A stretch of DNA of 64,000 nt from assembly GCF_037042905.1 (NCBI RefSeq), contig NC_087245.1:26600001-26664000 (forward strand). Direction: 5' to 3'. The notes under the pieces were generated by a model that ran no database searches, was not told the DNA's origin, and worked only from the letters and a program-made list of their open reading frames with translations. This DNA is from Lytechinus pictus. Its lineage: Eukaryota. This document shows positions 1 through 11,708 of this stretch, one piece after another. Both the position numbers and the translations under genes were made by a program. The first letter of the stretch is position 1. Each line of letters begins with the position of its first letter.

Positions 1-1855
1 AGAGCCATACATTATCTTGATAGAGTTAACATCTGGAAAAGCTGAGTGTAGGGCATCTCTGACCACCTTTCTCATGCCCTCCAGTGCATACATACTCTTC
101 TGTATGATAACTTTGTGGGCCAGTTGGTAGATTGTGGGCCGGACATTTTCCCCTTTAGGGATAGAGTGACATCCCTCACGGTCTAGAATGTCTTCAAATA
201 TGTCTTGCTCGTCATCTGACAGAACATCTCCTTGTAGAGCCTGCTTCACTGTAGCTCTTTCAAGTGGACTAAGAAACAGGAGGAATGTTTTAAGTAAGTC
301 CTCAGTTGACACTGTCTCCTCTCCAAACATGACGGCTATTAGAAAGGCTGGGGCCAATTGCACAGGGAAAATGTTATGGTCAGAGTATCCCTTTGACAAA
401 ATCCTCCCTATGGACAGCCATTCCTCCAAACCGTATTCAGGGTTCAATGAAGGCACCCTGTAATCCTCGCCATCTGCAGATGTATTAAAAAAGGAGTTCC
501 AAAATGCACTATATGCTTCTCTAGATACTCCTCTGGCATCCACTCCTAACTCCTCTACAAAAGTTACCTTCAACTGGATACTAAGGATCTCAGGCGTCTT
601 GAAAAGTGCAATCATTTCAGCTTGGATATTGCTTCGATGTAAACGGATTTGCAGAGCTTTTGTATCTGAAGGAATTCCCGCATCATCTAACTGAAGATCA
701 TAATCTATGGCAGCTTGTTGAGGGTTTGCACGTTGAATTTGAGCATCAGCTTGTTGTTGGCTTCTTGGTTGAGTGTGATCGCCATTTTCAGTAGCTTGAT
801 GTAGGTTTCCTGGTTGAGTTTGAGCACGATTGTCAGTGGCTTGATGTAGGTTTCCTGGTTGAGTTTGAGCACGATTGTCAGTGGCTTGTTGTAGGTTTCC
901 TGGTTGAGCTTGAGCACGATTGTCAGTGGATTGTTGTAGGTTTCCTGGTTGAGTTTGAGCACGATTGTCAGTAGCTAGTGTTTGGTTTCTTGGTTGAGTG
1001 TGAGCACCATTGTCAGTGGCTTGTGCTTGGTTTGGAGGTTGAATTTCGGCACTAATATTAGTGGATCGTTGTGGGTTTACAGATTGACCTTCAAAGTCCG
1101 AGAATCCCAAATGTATTGGTGGTAATTCACAATCATCATCTATCATGCAACCTCCAACATATTCAAGGTTTAATGGTAATGTTTCATCTAGCTGAGATTG
1201 TGTGCCTTCATCACTTTTTCTCCCAAACTGGACAACATAACAGTCACTTGAATCACTTTCTTCTTCTGGCTGGTTTTCATTTTGATTGTCTGAAGAGGTT
1301 TCTGTCGATGGTTGGTCTCTATTTTTTTTTGGGGTGCACATGTATAGTCTCAAAACACGTGATTTCGCATTTTCATACAGTTCGCCTACAGTGGAATTCC
1401 CCATCTCACATCCTCTAAAATCTTGAATGTCCACTTCGTAGTCTTCAAATTTTACCCCTTTTGGATTTACCATCAGGGAAAAATAGCCCTTTTGCAGTTG
1501 CAAGAAGGTTGTCTAGTCCTTCGCTCTTGTTTGCTCTTATTTCTCTTGTCCCTCCTCCGCCTTGACTCCTCACTTGCTTTAATTCCTTTGTTGCATAGTC
1601 AAAATCCATCCACCCTACTTCTAATTTTCGTGTATCTTTGTGTGCATTGTTACGTTTTTTTGAGGGGGGATTGTCATCAACTGACTTTTTTTTTCTTGAA
1701 AGTCTTGTTCTCAGCCTTTCCAGAAGGCTTGACAATGGTTTTTCGTTTTTAGTTTGACACCTGCAGAATGCCCTTGCAGCGAGTCTATCACCGAAGGCAG
1801 GGAGGTAGTCCTTCAAGCATTCATCATCCATTTCAAGCAAGGCATGGCAGTCAAT
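1..1855 (-). pseudogene. Large exon of HECT-type E3 ubiquitin ligase-like cargo gene (G2E3-like), one frameshift near 1450; runs off the window edge
   Basis: Acceptor ttccttctcag|ATT at 1855. First frame reads IDCHALLEMDD...LFFPDGKSKRGK. After a 1-nt shift, the frame FEDYEVDIQDF... stays open from ~1449 to base 1 and contains IRLHRSNIQAEMIALF...LKVTFVEELGVDARGVSREAYSAFW...WLSIGRILSKG, resembling the HECT N-lobe (E-x-G-x-D-x-x-G-V-x-R-E). Confidence 0.75.
745..1030 (-). repeat. 45-bp coding tandem repeat (15 aa, TDNRAQTQPGNLQQA), ~6 copies
   Basis: ACGATTGTCA recurs at 826, 871, 916 and 961 (45-bp period), in frame with the HECT-like ORF. Confidence 0.9.
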
Positions 1856-2240
1856 CTGAGAAGGAATTAAAAAAAAAACACATCTTTCAGATGGGAGATT
1901 AGAAGCGAATGCTCTTCTATAATACACATGGTAACCATACTTCAATAAACCCCAAATTACTCTTTAACAAGGGCAACGCAAAGCGTAGCATCCTCTAGCC
2001 TGGTACAAATTTACATAACTAGCAATTATTGCAATTTAATGAGCTGTGACCTTTGACCTTTGACTTATATACTCAACAACATTACTTACGTTATCGAATG
2101 GAAACCACATTTTTGCATATATAATTAGCTATTTTGCATATTTGATGAGCAATGACCTTTGACCTACATACATAAGATCATGGGTGAACTGAATAAATTA
2201 TTTGCCCATTGAACCACTGCTGTTTTTATCTGTTCTTTAA

Positions 2241-2954
2241 CCCTAACAGGGCCGGGGGACGTTTCGTGCGATATGTCTGCAACGCAAACAAATTCTACCG
2301 CGAAGTTTCAGGACTTTTTTCTTTCAAACATCGCGCATCTTTTGACACCAAATTTGCAATGCCTGGGCGCACGGTTCCGAAGTTACACAACATTTGGCAC
2401 TTGCACGTCGGACCAAAAACTGCTTTAAAAAACGTGATTTCATGTACATTTTCAATACAAATTGTGTTTTCAGAGAAAATTCATAGATGTATGAATATTT
2501 TTACTTCTATTGATTAAAATTAATTAATTTTATGTTGTTTATGATCGCAAAAGTGTCACCGACAAATTTTGTCGAAAAAAACAATAAAAAAACAAAAGGT
2601 CAAAAAACAAAGAAATACATAAGAAATTTTAAAGACAATAAAATACACAAGAAATTCAGATTGATACGGGAATTTTTTTCAAGTTCATTTGCTAAAAATA
2701 CTACGTAGAGTGTTTAGACAAAAATTAACACTTTTGGACCTTTAAGTGATTTAGAGCAAAATGTCTGATTCCATGCATAAATTAGCATAATTAATTAATA
2801 TAAAATAAAATTCAATAAATTCAGAAAAATTAAATATACAATTTTGTAGATTATGTCACAAGCATCGTGTGCACGCCGATTTTTGTGGCGATTGCGCAGT
2901 TGACCCCCCCCCCCCCTGCTGTGAGATAGCCTAAATAACTCGGCCTCTTTAGGG
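2241..2954. mobile_element. piggyBac-type non-autonomous element (MITE)
   Basis: TTAA|CCCTAACAGGGCCG ... CGGCCTCTTTAGGG|TTAA: inverted CCC/GGG termini with TTAA duplication. Confidence 0.8.
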
Positions 2955-3922
2955 TTAAGCCTAAATATTTGCCTGTCTGTATGTAAACTTACATTACATT
3001 ACTTACAACACATAAAGACTGGTACATTTCTTGGAATATCAGCAAAATATCTTGATTTTTGTAAATATCTGGAAAACAGACATCCTTCACCAAAGTTGAG
3101 TGATCTATGACATTGACTTTTACATATTGGACCAGCATCACATGTAAGCATTGGCTATCAATAAAATTCTCATCAAAATGAATTACTACAATGGAGTCCC
3201 TTACCTCACCTTATAGCTATAAATTGTCGATACCACTTAGGTTTTTTGTTCTGTGAGATTTTGGGTGTAGTTTTATCATTAATTTTCAAGTTTTGATTTC
3301 CAATTTGCCCTTAAAATCTTTGTTTAATTAGAGAATTTTCATCCATCTACTTAAAGAAGAATGTAGCAACATCAACCCTACCTAAAGTACTTGACAAAGT
3401 GCTCGATGTACATGTACATAAACCTATGGTACTATTTTCGAGATGCCCCCTTGGAAGTACCCTTTTTTGCTAATTTCACCAAACAAGGGGGTTGAGCAAC
3501 CACTAGGCTCACCTGATCTCACTTTGCTTTTAAAAACTTCTAAAATTTATACCAAATGGTCACATATCTTTCTACCCATAACAATGGAATATGCAGAGGT
3601 ATAATACTGCAATCACCAAAAGAAATAGGATGCTTGACTTTCTTGTGACAAATCTCCATAGCTAAATGTTTATCTCTACACTTCAACATATGACAGTAAG
3701 CACATTTACATGCAGAGCACTTTCTTTTGGCTTTGGTATTACTTTTGAAAGAAACAAACAGACATTAGCCTGCACACATGAAATCTGTTTGCAGCACTGG
3801 AGTATTATAAAGGCATAACCAGTTTCTTACATCATTTCTGTCACATAATAATGTGCCTTTTCCAATACTTTTGATTCTTTTAAAAAAGGAGATATGAACA
3901 GTATGTATACACAAAGAGCTAC

Positions 3923-4027
3923 CTTATCTTTTTCCATGGCTCTGAGCAAAGCTTCCTCCACTTGTCGTTCCTTCAGGAAATCTATTAAGGATTTCTGTCC
4001 ACCTTTCGCCATGTTTTCGGAGTCCAT
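3923..4027 (-). CDS. First coding exon of the HECT-like cargo gene (N-terminal part of a SAM-like domain)
   Basis: Acceptor cccctgcag| at 4051, ATG at 4027 (alternative 4012), MDSENMAKGGQKSLIDFLKERQVEEALLRAMEKDK, donor AAG|gtagc at 3923. Phase 0 join to IDCHALLEM at 1855 gives LIDFL...EKDKIDCHALLEMDDECLKDYLPAFGDRL, a SAM-like pattern. Confidence 0.7.
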
Positions 4028-7000
4028 ATCCTTAACACAATCTGTAGCTATCTGCAGGGGAATTAAAAAATAAGATTTATAAATATTACATGCAAAAATC
4101 AGGAAGTTTACAATCAATGAAGAAACATAATGTCCAAGTCTTAATTTATCCTTCTCACAAATCTTCAAACATCTAACTAATAAAGAAAGAATGCTTATAC
4201 ATCTTCCAAAGATAGAATGGAAAGAGAATTTGGTAAGATGCATCATGAGTTTTGAGGGGCATCTCAAAAGAAGGAAAAGTCTCATTTAAAAAAAAAAGAA
4301 GAAGAAGAAGAGGACTGTAACTGTAATAGTTGCCATGTGCATTCCATGTTTCCAAGGAAACAATTCAAGTGTGCACATGTGCACTGGGAAAAATAAGGGG
4401 ATTAATGCTCACCTGAGCTTACAGATGAATTCACATGCTCCCTGTGGAGCTGCTAAGGATATGGGACCTCATTGGGGCCACATTACCATTTGCACAACCT
4501 TGCATTACCTATCTCTACAATAATAACACATTTAATTCAAATAACCCCCCCCCAAAAAAAAAAAGAACAACGACAACAAAAACAAAACAAAACAAACAAA
4601 CAAAAAACTGTTACCCAACACGAGTCCATTGGGCTACTCTGGGAACTGTCATGAACAAGTTTTATTCTCCACTTGTATAGGTATCTAAACACTGTAGTAA
4701 TGTTATATTGAATGTTTCAGTTCTGGAACCAAATAATATGCTTGAAATTGCATGACCAAATTCTTGTTTCTCTGGGAGAAATATATATGACTGGAAAGCC
4801 AATACAAAACTAGACAACTTTGCTGGACACAATTTTTCTTCATAACGATTGCAGAAAAAGTTACAGCCCTTTGAATTAGGAGTGTCTGGCAGAATGCGGC
4901 AAAATTGTCACTCCCTAAAATAATGGGGCACACAGGGGTTTCATGGTTGGTCGCACAAAGAGTTACAAATGTGGAAGATGTAAACATGGCCATGAGGATG
5001 GAAAAAGCTGCAGAGGATCCAAGAAAAATCATTCAGGAGTGCATGGAGGCATGGCAGAGAAAGATGGGACATTGTGTAAGACTCCAGTGGGATTGCTTCG
5101 AAAGGGAAAACTCAAAGTCTGTAATTTGGGTATATATTTCTTTTGTGATATCAGTCCTGGAACTTTTTTGACACACCTCGTATATCTGTTCCACTTACTT
5201 GGCATCTGTGGATAGCATCCTTGAAGAAAATGCCTAAGAGCAGGTTGGTGAGTTGAAGGTTAATTCTTCTCAAATGCTGCCCCAATGTTGCCAAGGAAAA
5301 TGCTGAAAATGAAAAAAGGAGGGAACAGTGACGACTAATGATGCATTTTTTTTTGGGGGGGGGGGGCTTAGGTAGTGACTAACAATTACCTACATTTCTT
5401 GAAATATAATAAAATGTTTAGTCTTTCTGTTTTTTGAAGAGGTACATGTATGAACTTACTATAATATGCAACTTGTGAATAATTTACCTGTTGCTGATTC
5501 TCACTTGCAGAGAGTTTGAATTAAGTTACATTGAGCTCCTATCCTCATGGATGATTCCTATAGTCATACATATATCGGTTACAATCTGAAAATGCATTTT
5601 TTTTTTAAATACATGAAACATTTCATTATTTACTTCAATCGCATTATGGTTAATGTCACCACTCCAAGCACTGCCATTTATTTCATCATTGGCATTGAAT
5701 TGCCAGTGACAGCTTACCATTTCCATAGTCTAGTGCCATAGACTTTGTACATGGTGAAGGTATACACATGGAATGAGAGGTGAATCGAACCACACTTTAG
5801 CCCCCTTCTTTTATCTTTAGAACAATCTTAAGACATTTATTGAGTTACATGCATGATTAAAAATTGTACATCCATGGGTAGAATTTTGAATGATTCCTGC
5901 CAAGTTTGGTTACATGTGATCATGCATTTTGACCAAAAAATTGATAAATCCGTTCCCTTTTCCATTTAGCCCCCACCCCTGATCCTAATGAACCCACCCC
6001 TGATGAAGGTGACAATAGCTAATCTTGAGCCTTCTGTTCATTGAGCTTCAAATCAATCCCAGAAAGTCATACCTGAATGAGATTAGCTGGGTGGTCAATG
6101 CTGTGCTGGAGGCTAGGGTGTGTATATATGCATGGGTCACAGCTGCAGAAAACACCCTACAAAAATTGTGCCTAAAAAGAGAATTTAAGAAAAAGTCAGT
6201 AAGTGACCTGTGCAATTAATACCCATATCAGGGCTGCACAAGAATTAGGTCATAAGTTTCAAGAATAAGGTTATGTGCCAACTAATGCCCAGAAAATTGG
6301 ATTGTTTAGGTCTATCCTAAAGGTACGCTACAGCTCTAAGAGTCTATCAGTTCAGTACGTACCATCTACAGGTCCTTTGGATTCAAAATTACTGAGTCTG
6401 TACTCTAATAAGTAATCAATAGTCTGTCCATCATCAAAGGTGTTCAAGTCTAAGATTGAGAAGAGCCACCTACGATTCAACTATCTATTCTTTGCGCCCT
6501 CTCTCATCTGCTGCAATCATATACCAACTGGTCCAGCATCGTATACATCCAGATCCAGAAATCGTTACAAGCGTTTTCAAAACTTTTTCCTAGAACTTAC
6601 ATTCCATTACCCCTCATCTTGCTGCCTATTCTTCTATCTAATTTAATTTCTTATTTCAATTCAGTTTCTTTTTTTAACACTTACACTGAATAGGATTATA
6701 AGAGGAATTATCTTACTTGGAAACTCTGGATAGAACCCTTGTCCTTGTCCTTCAATTGGTGAGCTGAGCCTGAGGGATATTTCTTCTCAAATGCTGCCTC
6801 AGTGTTGCCGAAGAACACGCTGAAGACAGAAAACAAAGAAGCAGTGATGATTAGTGAGGCAATTTTTTTGTTACCAAAATCATTAGCTATTCTTTTTTGG
6901 AAGATGGGAGATGAGTATATGGTCCATGCATGGATGGACCATATACATACATGTATGATATAGGGTCTAGAGTCTACTCCCAACTAACTTATATAGATGT

Positions 7001-7439
7001 AGATCCTACACATGTATTAACACTTATGTATGACATTAGTTTAAGTTTGTCAATGTTTTAGCCAGGCATTAAGTTACTGAAGAAATACAATGAATACAAA
7101 ATTAAAATATTGAAAACACAATCAATAATAATAATAATCCGCTTTTTTATAGTGCTTAAGAGTAAGACATAAGAGGAAGGCCCCAGAACAGGGCGCTTCC
7201 GATGGGGACTGCAGTCTGCTAATTGAGCAGTCTTAAAATTAACGTTACACAGATCTAGAACTGATCGCGAAAAAGAGCAAATCTGTTAAATTAGCTGTTT
7301 GTTCACTTTTACATTGAATGACCCGGCCATAAATAAGTAAAAGAAGTGAACTAACCTTCAATCCATCGCGATTGCAACCGGCAACTTCTGGTTGAATTCA
7401 GTCGATCTACCGTAGACGTAACTTAGTAGTACATACGTA

Positions 7440-7560
7440 CAAGGCCTGGCATGGCATGGCCGCCTGGCTATATACGCTATTACTGCATTAAGCAGCGAGC
7501 GCGCTAGCGCCAGCGCGCGCAGTCTAGTCTAGCCTCGCGGGTATTATGTTGTTAACCCGT
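7440..7560 (-). promoter_or_regulatory. GC/CpG-rich patch, candidate promoter of the cargo gene
   Basis: Local CpG cluster (GCGAGCGCGCTAGCGCCAGCGCGCGC) just inside the subterminal repeats; a minus-strand donor GAAG|gttagt lies near 7355. Confidence 0.35.
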
Positions 7561-7632
7561 GGACTACTGAATTCTCTCACTCCCATAGGCTTAATACAGG
7601 GACCACCCGGTTCCAGTATGCAATGGACTTAT

Positions 7633-7957
7633 ACGAGATACTATCTCATTAAAACGAGATACTATGTCGTTTTAACGAGATACTATCTCATTAAAACGAG
7701 ATACTATCTCATTAAAACGCGATAACTATCTCATTAAAACGAGATACTATGTCGTTTTAACGAGATACTATCTCGTTTTAACGAGATACTATGTCGTTTT
7801 AACGAGATACTATCTCATTAAAACGAGATAACTATCTCGTTTTAACGAGATACTATTTCGTTTTAACGAGATACTATCTCATTAAAACGAGATACTATGT
7901 CGTTTTAACGAGATACTATCTCATTAAAACGAGATAACTATCTCGTTTTAACGAGAT
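7633..7957. repeat. Subterminal tandem array of ~15 imperfectly palindromic 21-bp units
   Basis: ACGAGATACTATCTCATTAAA / ACGAGATACTATGTCGTTTTA repeating at 7633, 7654, 7675 and onward; no unique spacers. Confidence 0.95.
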
Positions 7958-8165
7958 AAAAATATTTTTACCATGTCCCTTCCCGGGCTCCGTACATTAG
8001 GCACTATGTAAGCGAGTATAATTATTTTCTATTGTATAATGAGAACGAATTGTATAAAAAATTTGGATATATACATATTTTTTTTGGTCAAACCACAAAT
8101 GTGCCTAATGGACATCTTGATGCATAGCAAGTAAATTGGCTTGAATTGAAGTAGATGTGATTTAA

Positions 8166-8565
8166 AGATAAAAGATAGTAGTTGCAGCAAATAATTATTT
8201 TATGAGAAAGTCTTTAAAATCAAGGTTAATAGTCACCATATTATCATATATCTAGATCTGGTGCATTATTGTAAACTTATCTTTGTGAATTCATGAAATC
8301 TTGGCTCAAAACCGATGATTCTGATGATTACTAACACAGAAAAGCATATGCGGGAGAGTGTATTAACATTGCTTGGAAAATACCCGACATTTGATGGAAT
8401 CCTGTGCTTATTTTGCTCATTTCAAGAAATTTCACATTTTCTTCTAGAGCCACTTGCCACATATTTTTTATTCATACATAGTAACTTACAAACACTTGGG
8501 TGGTAAGTTTATTGGATTCTGTTCAAACTCATTTTGAGATCGTCACCACAACTGGTATTTATCTT
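8166..8565. mobile_element. Degenerate TTAA-flanked (Kolobok-like) MITE
   Basis: TTAA|AGATAAAAGATAGTAGTTG ... CAACTGGTATTTATCT|TTGA inverted ends. Confidence 0.5.
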
Positions 8566-8613
8566 TGATATTTGAGTGCACTATCCAACTTGACCTATTG
8601 CTCTGTGTTATAG

Positions 8614-8801
8614 ATGGTTATTACAGGAGGTGGAGCTATTATTCACAGAGGCTCAGTGGGGTTATTACCTATCACTTTTACGTGATCTTCTATGGCCTGG
8701 TGGTGTATTTAATCCAAAGGAACGAGAAACTAAGACACCGGACGAGATCAATCAAACCAAGGCAGATGCACTCCATGAGCTTACTCATAATCCTGCTGCC
8801 G
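8614..8801 (+). CDS. SNX19: Sorting nexin (SNX19-like), antepenultimate exon, Nexin_C/PXC domain
   Basis: tag|A TGG...GCC G|gttagt; WLLQEVELLFTEAQWGYYLSLLRDLLWPGGVFNPKERETKTPDEINQTKADALHEL. The W-x-x-Y-L...WPGG motif is typical of SNX13/14/19/25 C-termini and closest to SNX19 as I recall it. Confidence 0.85.
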
Positions 8802-8816
8802 GTTAGTTTGGAATTC

Positions 8817-9040
8817 TCATTTCATTTTATTTCATCTTGTTCCATTTCATTTCTTTTCATTTTATCTGATTCCTTTCCATTTCAATTTGTTTCATTTCAT
8901 CCATTTTCAATTTCACTTTCATTTATTTTATTTTGTGTATTTTCATCTTCATTTGTTTTCATTTTCAATTTAATTTTTGCATTCATATTCATTTTCGTTT
9001 CCACTTTCATTTTCATCTTCATTTTCATTTGTTTTTCTCA
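8817..9040. repeat. Low-complexity (TTTCAT)n-like tract
   Basis: Degenerate TTTCA/TTCAT repeats in the intron. Confidence 0.85.
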
Positions 9041-9214
9041 TCTCTGTTTTGCTTAGAAGGACCTATGACTGTATCTGTTTGTGTTAATACATGTAGGAAC
9101 TCATATTGTGTTCTACTTCTATGAATATTTTCTGTTAGTGAATGTTACCAATGGAAGACAAATCCATAATTGCTCATGAAATCAGGTACAACTATAGCAG
9201 CTTTGATCAAAGCA

Positions 9215-9390
9215 CATGAGGTAAACGTGTACCTGGCATGAATGCATTCCTTCAAATACTTCCGTGCTGTACAGGCCTTGCTGGGCTATAGCCAGGGTAA
9301 TAATATCCAAGTATCTTTGAAGGCATGTGCTGATGTCAATCTTATGCGATATACTCTAAACAAGAACTGAATATCATCATTATTATCATC
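9215..9390 (+). mobile_element. Degenerate SINE 3' fragment
   Basis: GTAAACGTGTACCTGG core resembling the SINE at 45820-46162, ending in an (ATC/ATT)n tail. Confidence 0.35.
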
Positions 9391-9418
9391 ACAATGCTCT
9401 TTTGTTGTTATTTTGTAG

Positions 9419-9506
9419 CTGTTCTGAGTGTTCTCCTTGGAGAAGACCATCTTCGTGAAGGAATCTCACTGATCCTGGACTCCCTGCAGGACCAAGCACT
9501 CAACAA
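9419..9506 (+). CDS. SNX19: Sorting nexin (SNX19-like), penultimate exon
   Basis: ttttgtag|CT...CAA|gtaagt; phase-compatible; AVLSVLLGEDHLREGISLILDSLQDQALNK (LQ-x-x-x-LNK motif). Confidence 0.85.
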
Positions 9507-9880
9507 GTAAGTTCCTAATTCATCTTCTGAAATAACACGACTATTTACAGATGTTGATTTCTCTGATCATGAGCAGCATGTCTGTTACTATCGTGTATAA
9601 GAGCGCGAAGTGTAGCATGTTTATCATTTTATTTCCAGTAGAAAGAATAAAGTTTCACCACAGGCAGCAATTTGACTTGGTCGGTAAAGATTTGAATATT
9701 GAACCAAAGAGAATGGTTTGAGTCCTACCGTCCTAACAACAATGATGATGGTGGTGATGAATATGTGACGATGATGATAATAAAATACAATTATGGTAAA
9801 GCGATTTTTTAAAATTGAATTCGGATATAGTGATCTGTATCTCTCACCCTCTCCCCCTCTCTCTTTTTTTCACTTTGCAG

Positions 9881-9977
9881 GCATCTCCTATTCACCATCT
9901 TAGATCATGCCATGGATCAGCTAGTACCAGAGATACATGATGCTAAGTTTCAAGACCTTTTAGCTGCTATGCCATGA
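9881..9977 (+). CDS. SNX19: Sorting nexin (SNX19-like), last coding exon
   Basis: Strong pyrimidine tract + gcag|G; HLLFTILDHAMDQLVPEIHDAKFQDLLAAMP-stop (TGA 9975-9977). Confidence 0.85.
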
Positions 9978-11182
9978 TCACCACATGAGTAAACTATCAT
10001 CATTTCAATATTATCTCTTTTTTTTTTTTTTTTTTTTTTTTGGGGGGGGGGGTTCCGTGGAGTTGACAAATTGTTTCAAATCAAACATTTATATTATCTA
10101 GTGCCTTGTATCAGAAACAAAGTCAGTAAATTCTGCAATCGATTGCAAGTCTCTGATACATGGTTTGCTATAGATATATGAATGATATCAATCATTAAGA
10201 ATGATTACATTTTATGCAATCACTGGGATTATTTACATCTTTGTGCAAATCTGATTTACCTGGTAGTGAAAAGTAAATTGACTCTCATTCAAGAGAAAAA
10301 AAAAATCTCAAACATGAATTTGTACAAACAGTGAGAGGTGGTATGTGTGGGACCAATATATCTTCAAAGAGAGATTTCTGGGGAGCGTTTCGTAAAGAGT
10401 TTATTCAATAATTTTCTTTTTTTTAACAAACAGGGTGTGACTCGCGTTCACAAAATGTTGCATAATTTCGAGCCTGTTGCCCAGCCTCGCAAATCGGTAC
10501 CCAAAGTTGCGCAAGACGAGTACAAAGAAAAAAAATCATGAAGCGACTTGACACAAATTTATTGCAAAATAGTGTCAAAGGGCTAAATGCTCATGCAATC
10601 AGGCTAATCTTTTGTAACTGTGAATGTATGATTGAACATTTTGAGCACATACCAAAGATATACTTTGTGCCTGATTTTTATATAACTTACAGGGTTTAGT
10701 TTGGTTTTATTCCGTTAACTACTGCAACATGTCATTCCCATATGCTTTTCACAGGGGCCATCAGACTCCAGTGGGCAATGGTTTAAATGATTTTCTAAAT
10801 ATGTTAACATTCCAAAGATTCCTACTACACATGAAATTCCATTGGAATACCATTCAACCAGTTTTGTAATATTATTTTTGCCTCGTACCAACACTAACTT
10901 GAAACATACATCTATATGGTAGAGAATGTTGCTGCCATCAATTCCAGTCTTGAGCAGTGCGACTGCACATTTGGCAAACACTAAAGAAGTACTCTTTCTT
11001 CTTCATTCATCACCAGTAGATAAGATATTCCTTTTATGGAGCATCTGAAAAGTGATGCAACTGGTAGTTAGATACACTCCCAAAGTCATGTGGCTTATAA
11101 CATCAGTTCATCTGAATGTTCTCCATCTGATATAGTTCTGCAAGCCTAACAATATAAATATTTCAGAATGCAACTCAGCTTA

Positions 11183-11708
11183 AAGGCCAGTATAAATAAT
11201 TGAAATTAAGATAACAAGTAATTTTACTCACGTTATTGGGCTTATATCATGAAATGAACCAAAACAAAATACAACTCGTAGCAACACTAGTAAAATATAC
11301 TAGTAAAATATTATATTTAAAATTAGCAAGATGCTAGTGTGAAATAAGAACATTTCCAATTTTCAATATCTGACCAATAAAGGAAACTCTTTATTGAATC
11401 ATAATATGTTGCAATGATTTAATCTCTTCAAGTTCAGTGAGGGATCAAACTTTGCTCTCATTACAATGAGGAGAAAAAAAAAAAACTTCATATTTCATGT
11501 CATAGAATGCGAAGTAATAACGAGTGGGTGACATCTTTGGTGCTCTCATTTGCGTACTGACCAGGATGCGCATATAATAAATTATTTGTGAAAATAAGTG
11601 AAGCGTTAACATATCGTATCTTATATTAACGTATCTGATTTTGATGAAATTTTCAGGGTTATGCTTGGGTTTTTTTTTTCATAACAAGTCTGTTGGGGTG
11701 TTTACCCT
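11183..11708. mobile_element. Degenerate Kolobok-like MITE
   Basis: Begins TTAA|AGG and carries the GATTTTGATGAAATTTTCAG subterminal motif shared with 32402-32997. Confidence 0.5.

Larger units (their letters stand above)
1..7994. mobile_element. Right arm of a large IS3EU-like DNA transposon carrying a HECT-ligase cargo gene; left end outside window
   Basis: Ends in CCATGTCCCTTCCCGGGCTCCGTA (7971-7994; 5'-TACGG on the other strand, matching the TAY..RTA termini described for IS3EU), directly after a subterminal palindromic repeat array. It lies upstream of an internal SNX exon, so it is intronic. No transposase or left TIR is in the window. Confidence 0.6.

Noticed and set aside
705..962. 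ORF MLKLNQETY... repeat protein
   Set aside because: Alternative frame of the 45-bp repeat inside the longer HECT-like frame.
188..1752. Plus-strand ORFs 188-463, 606-794, 1071-1418 and 1423-1752
   Set aside because: Antisense shadows of the minus-strand coding exon.
7633..7957. CRISPR-like array of palindromic repeats
   Set aside because: Units are directly tandem with no unique spacers, there are no cas genes and the context is eukaryotic.
8565..9056. 163-aa hydrophobic ORF resembling a membrane protein
   Set aside because: Wrong frame over the SNX exon plus translation of a TTTCA low-complexity tract.
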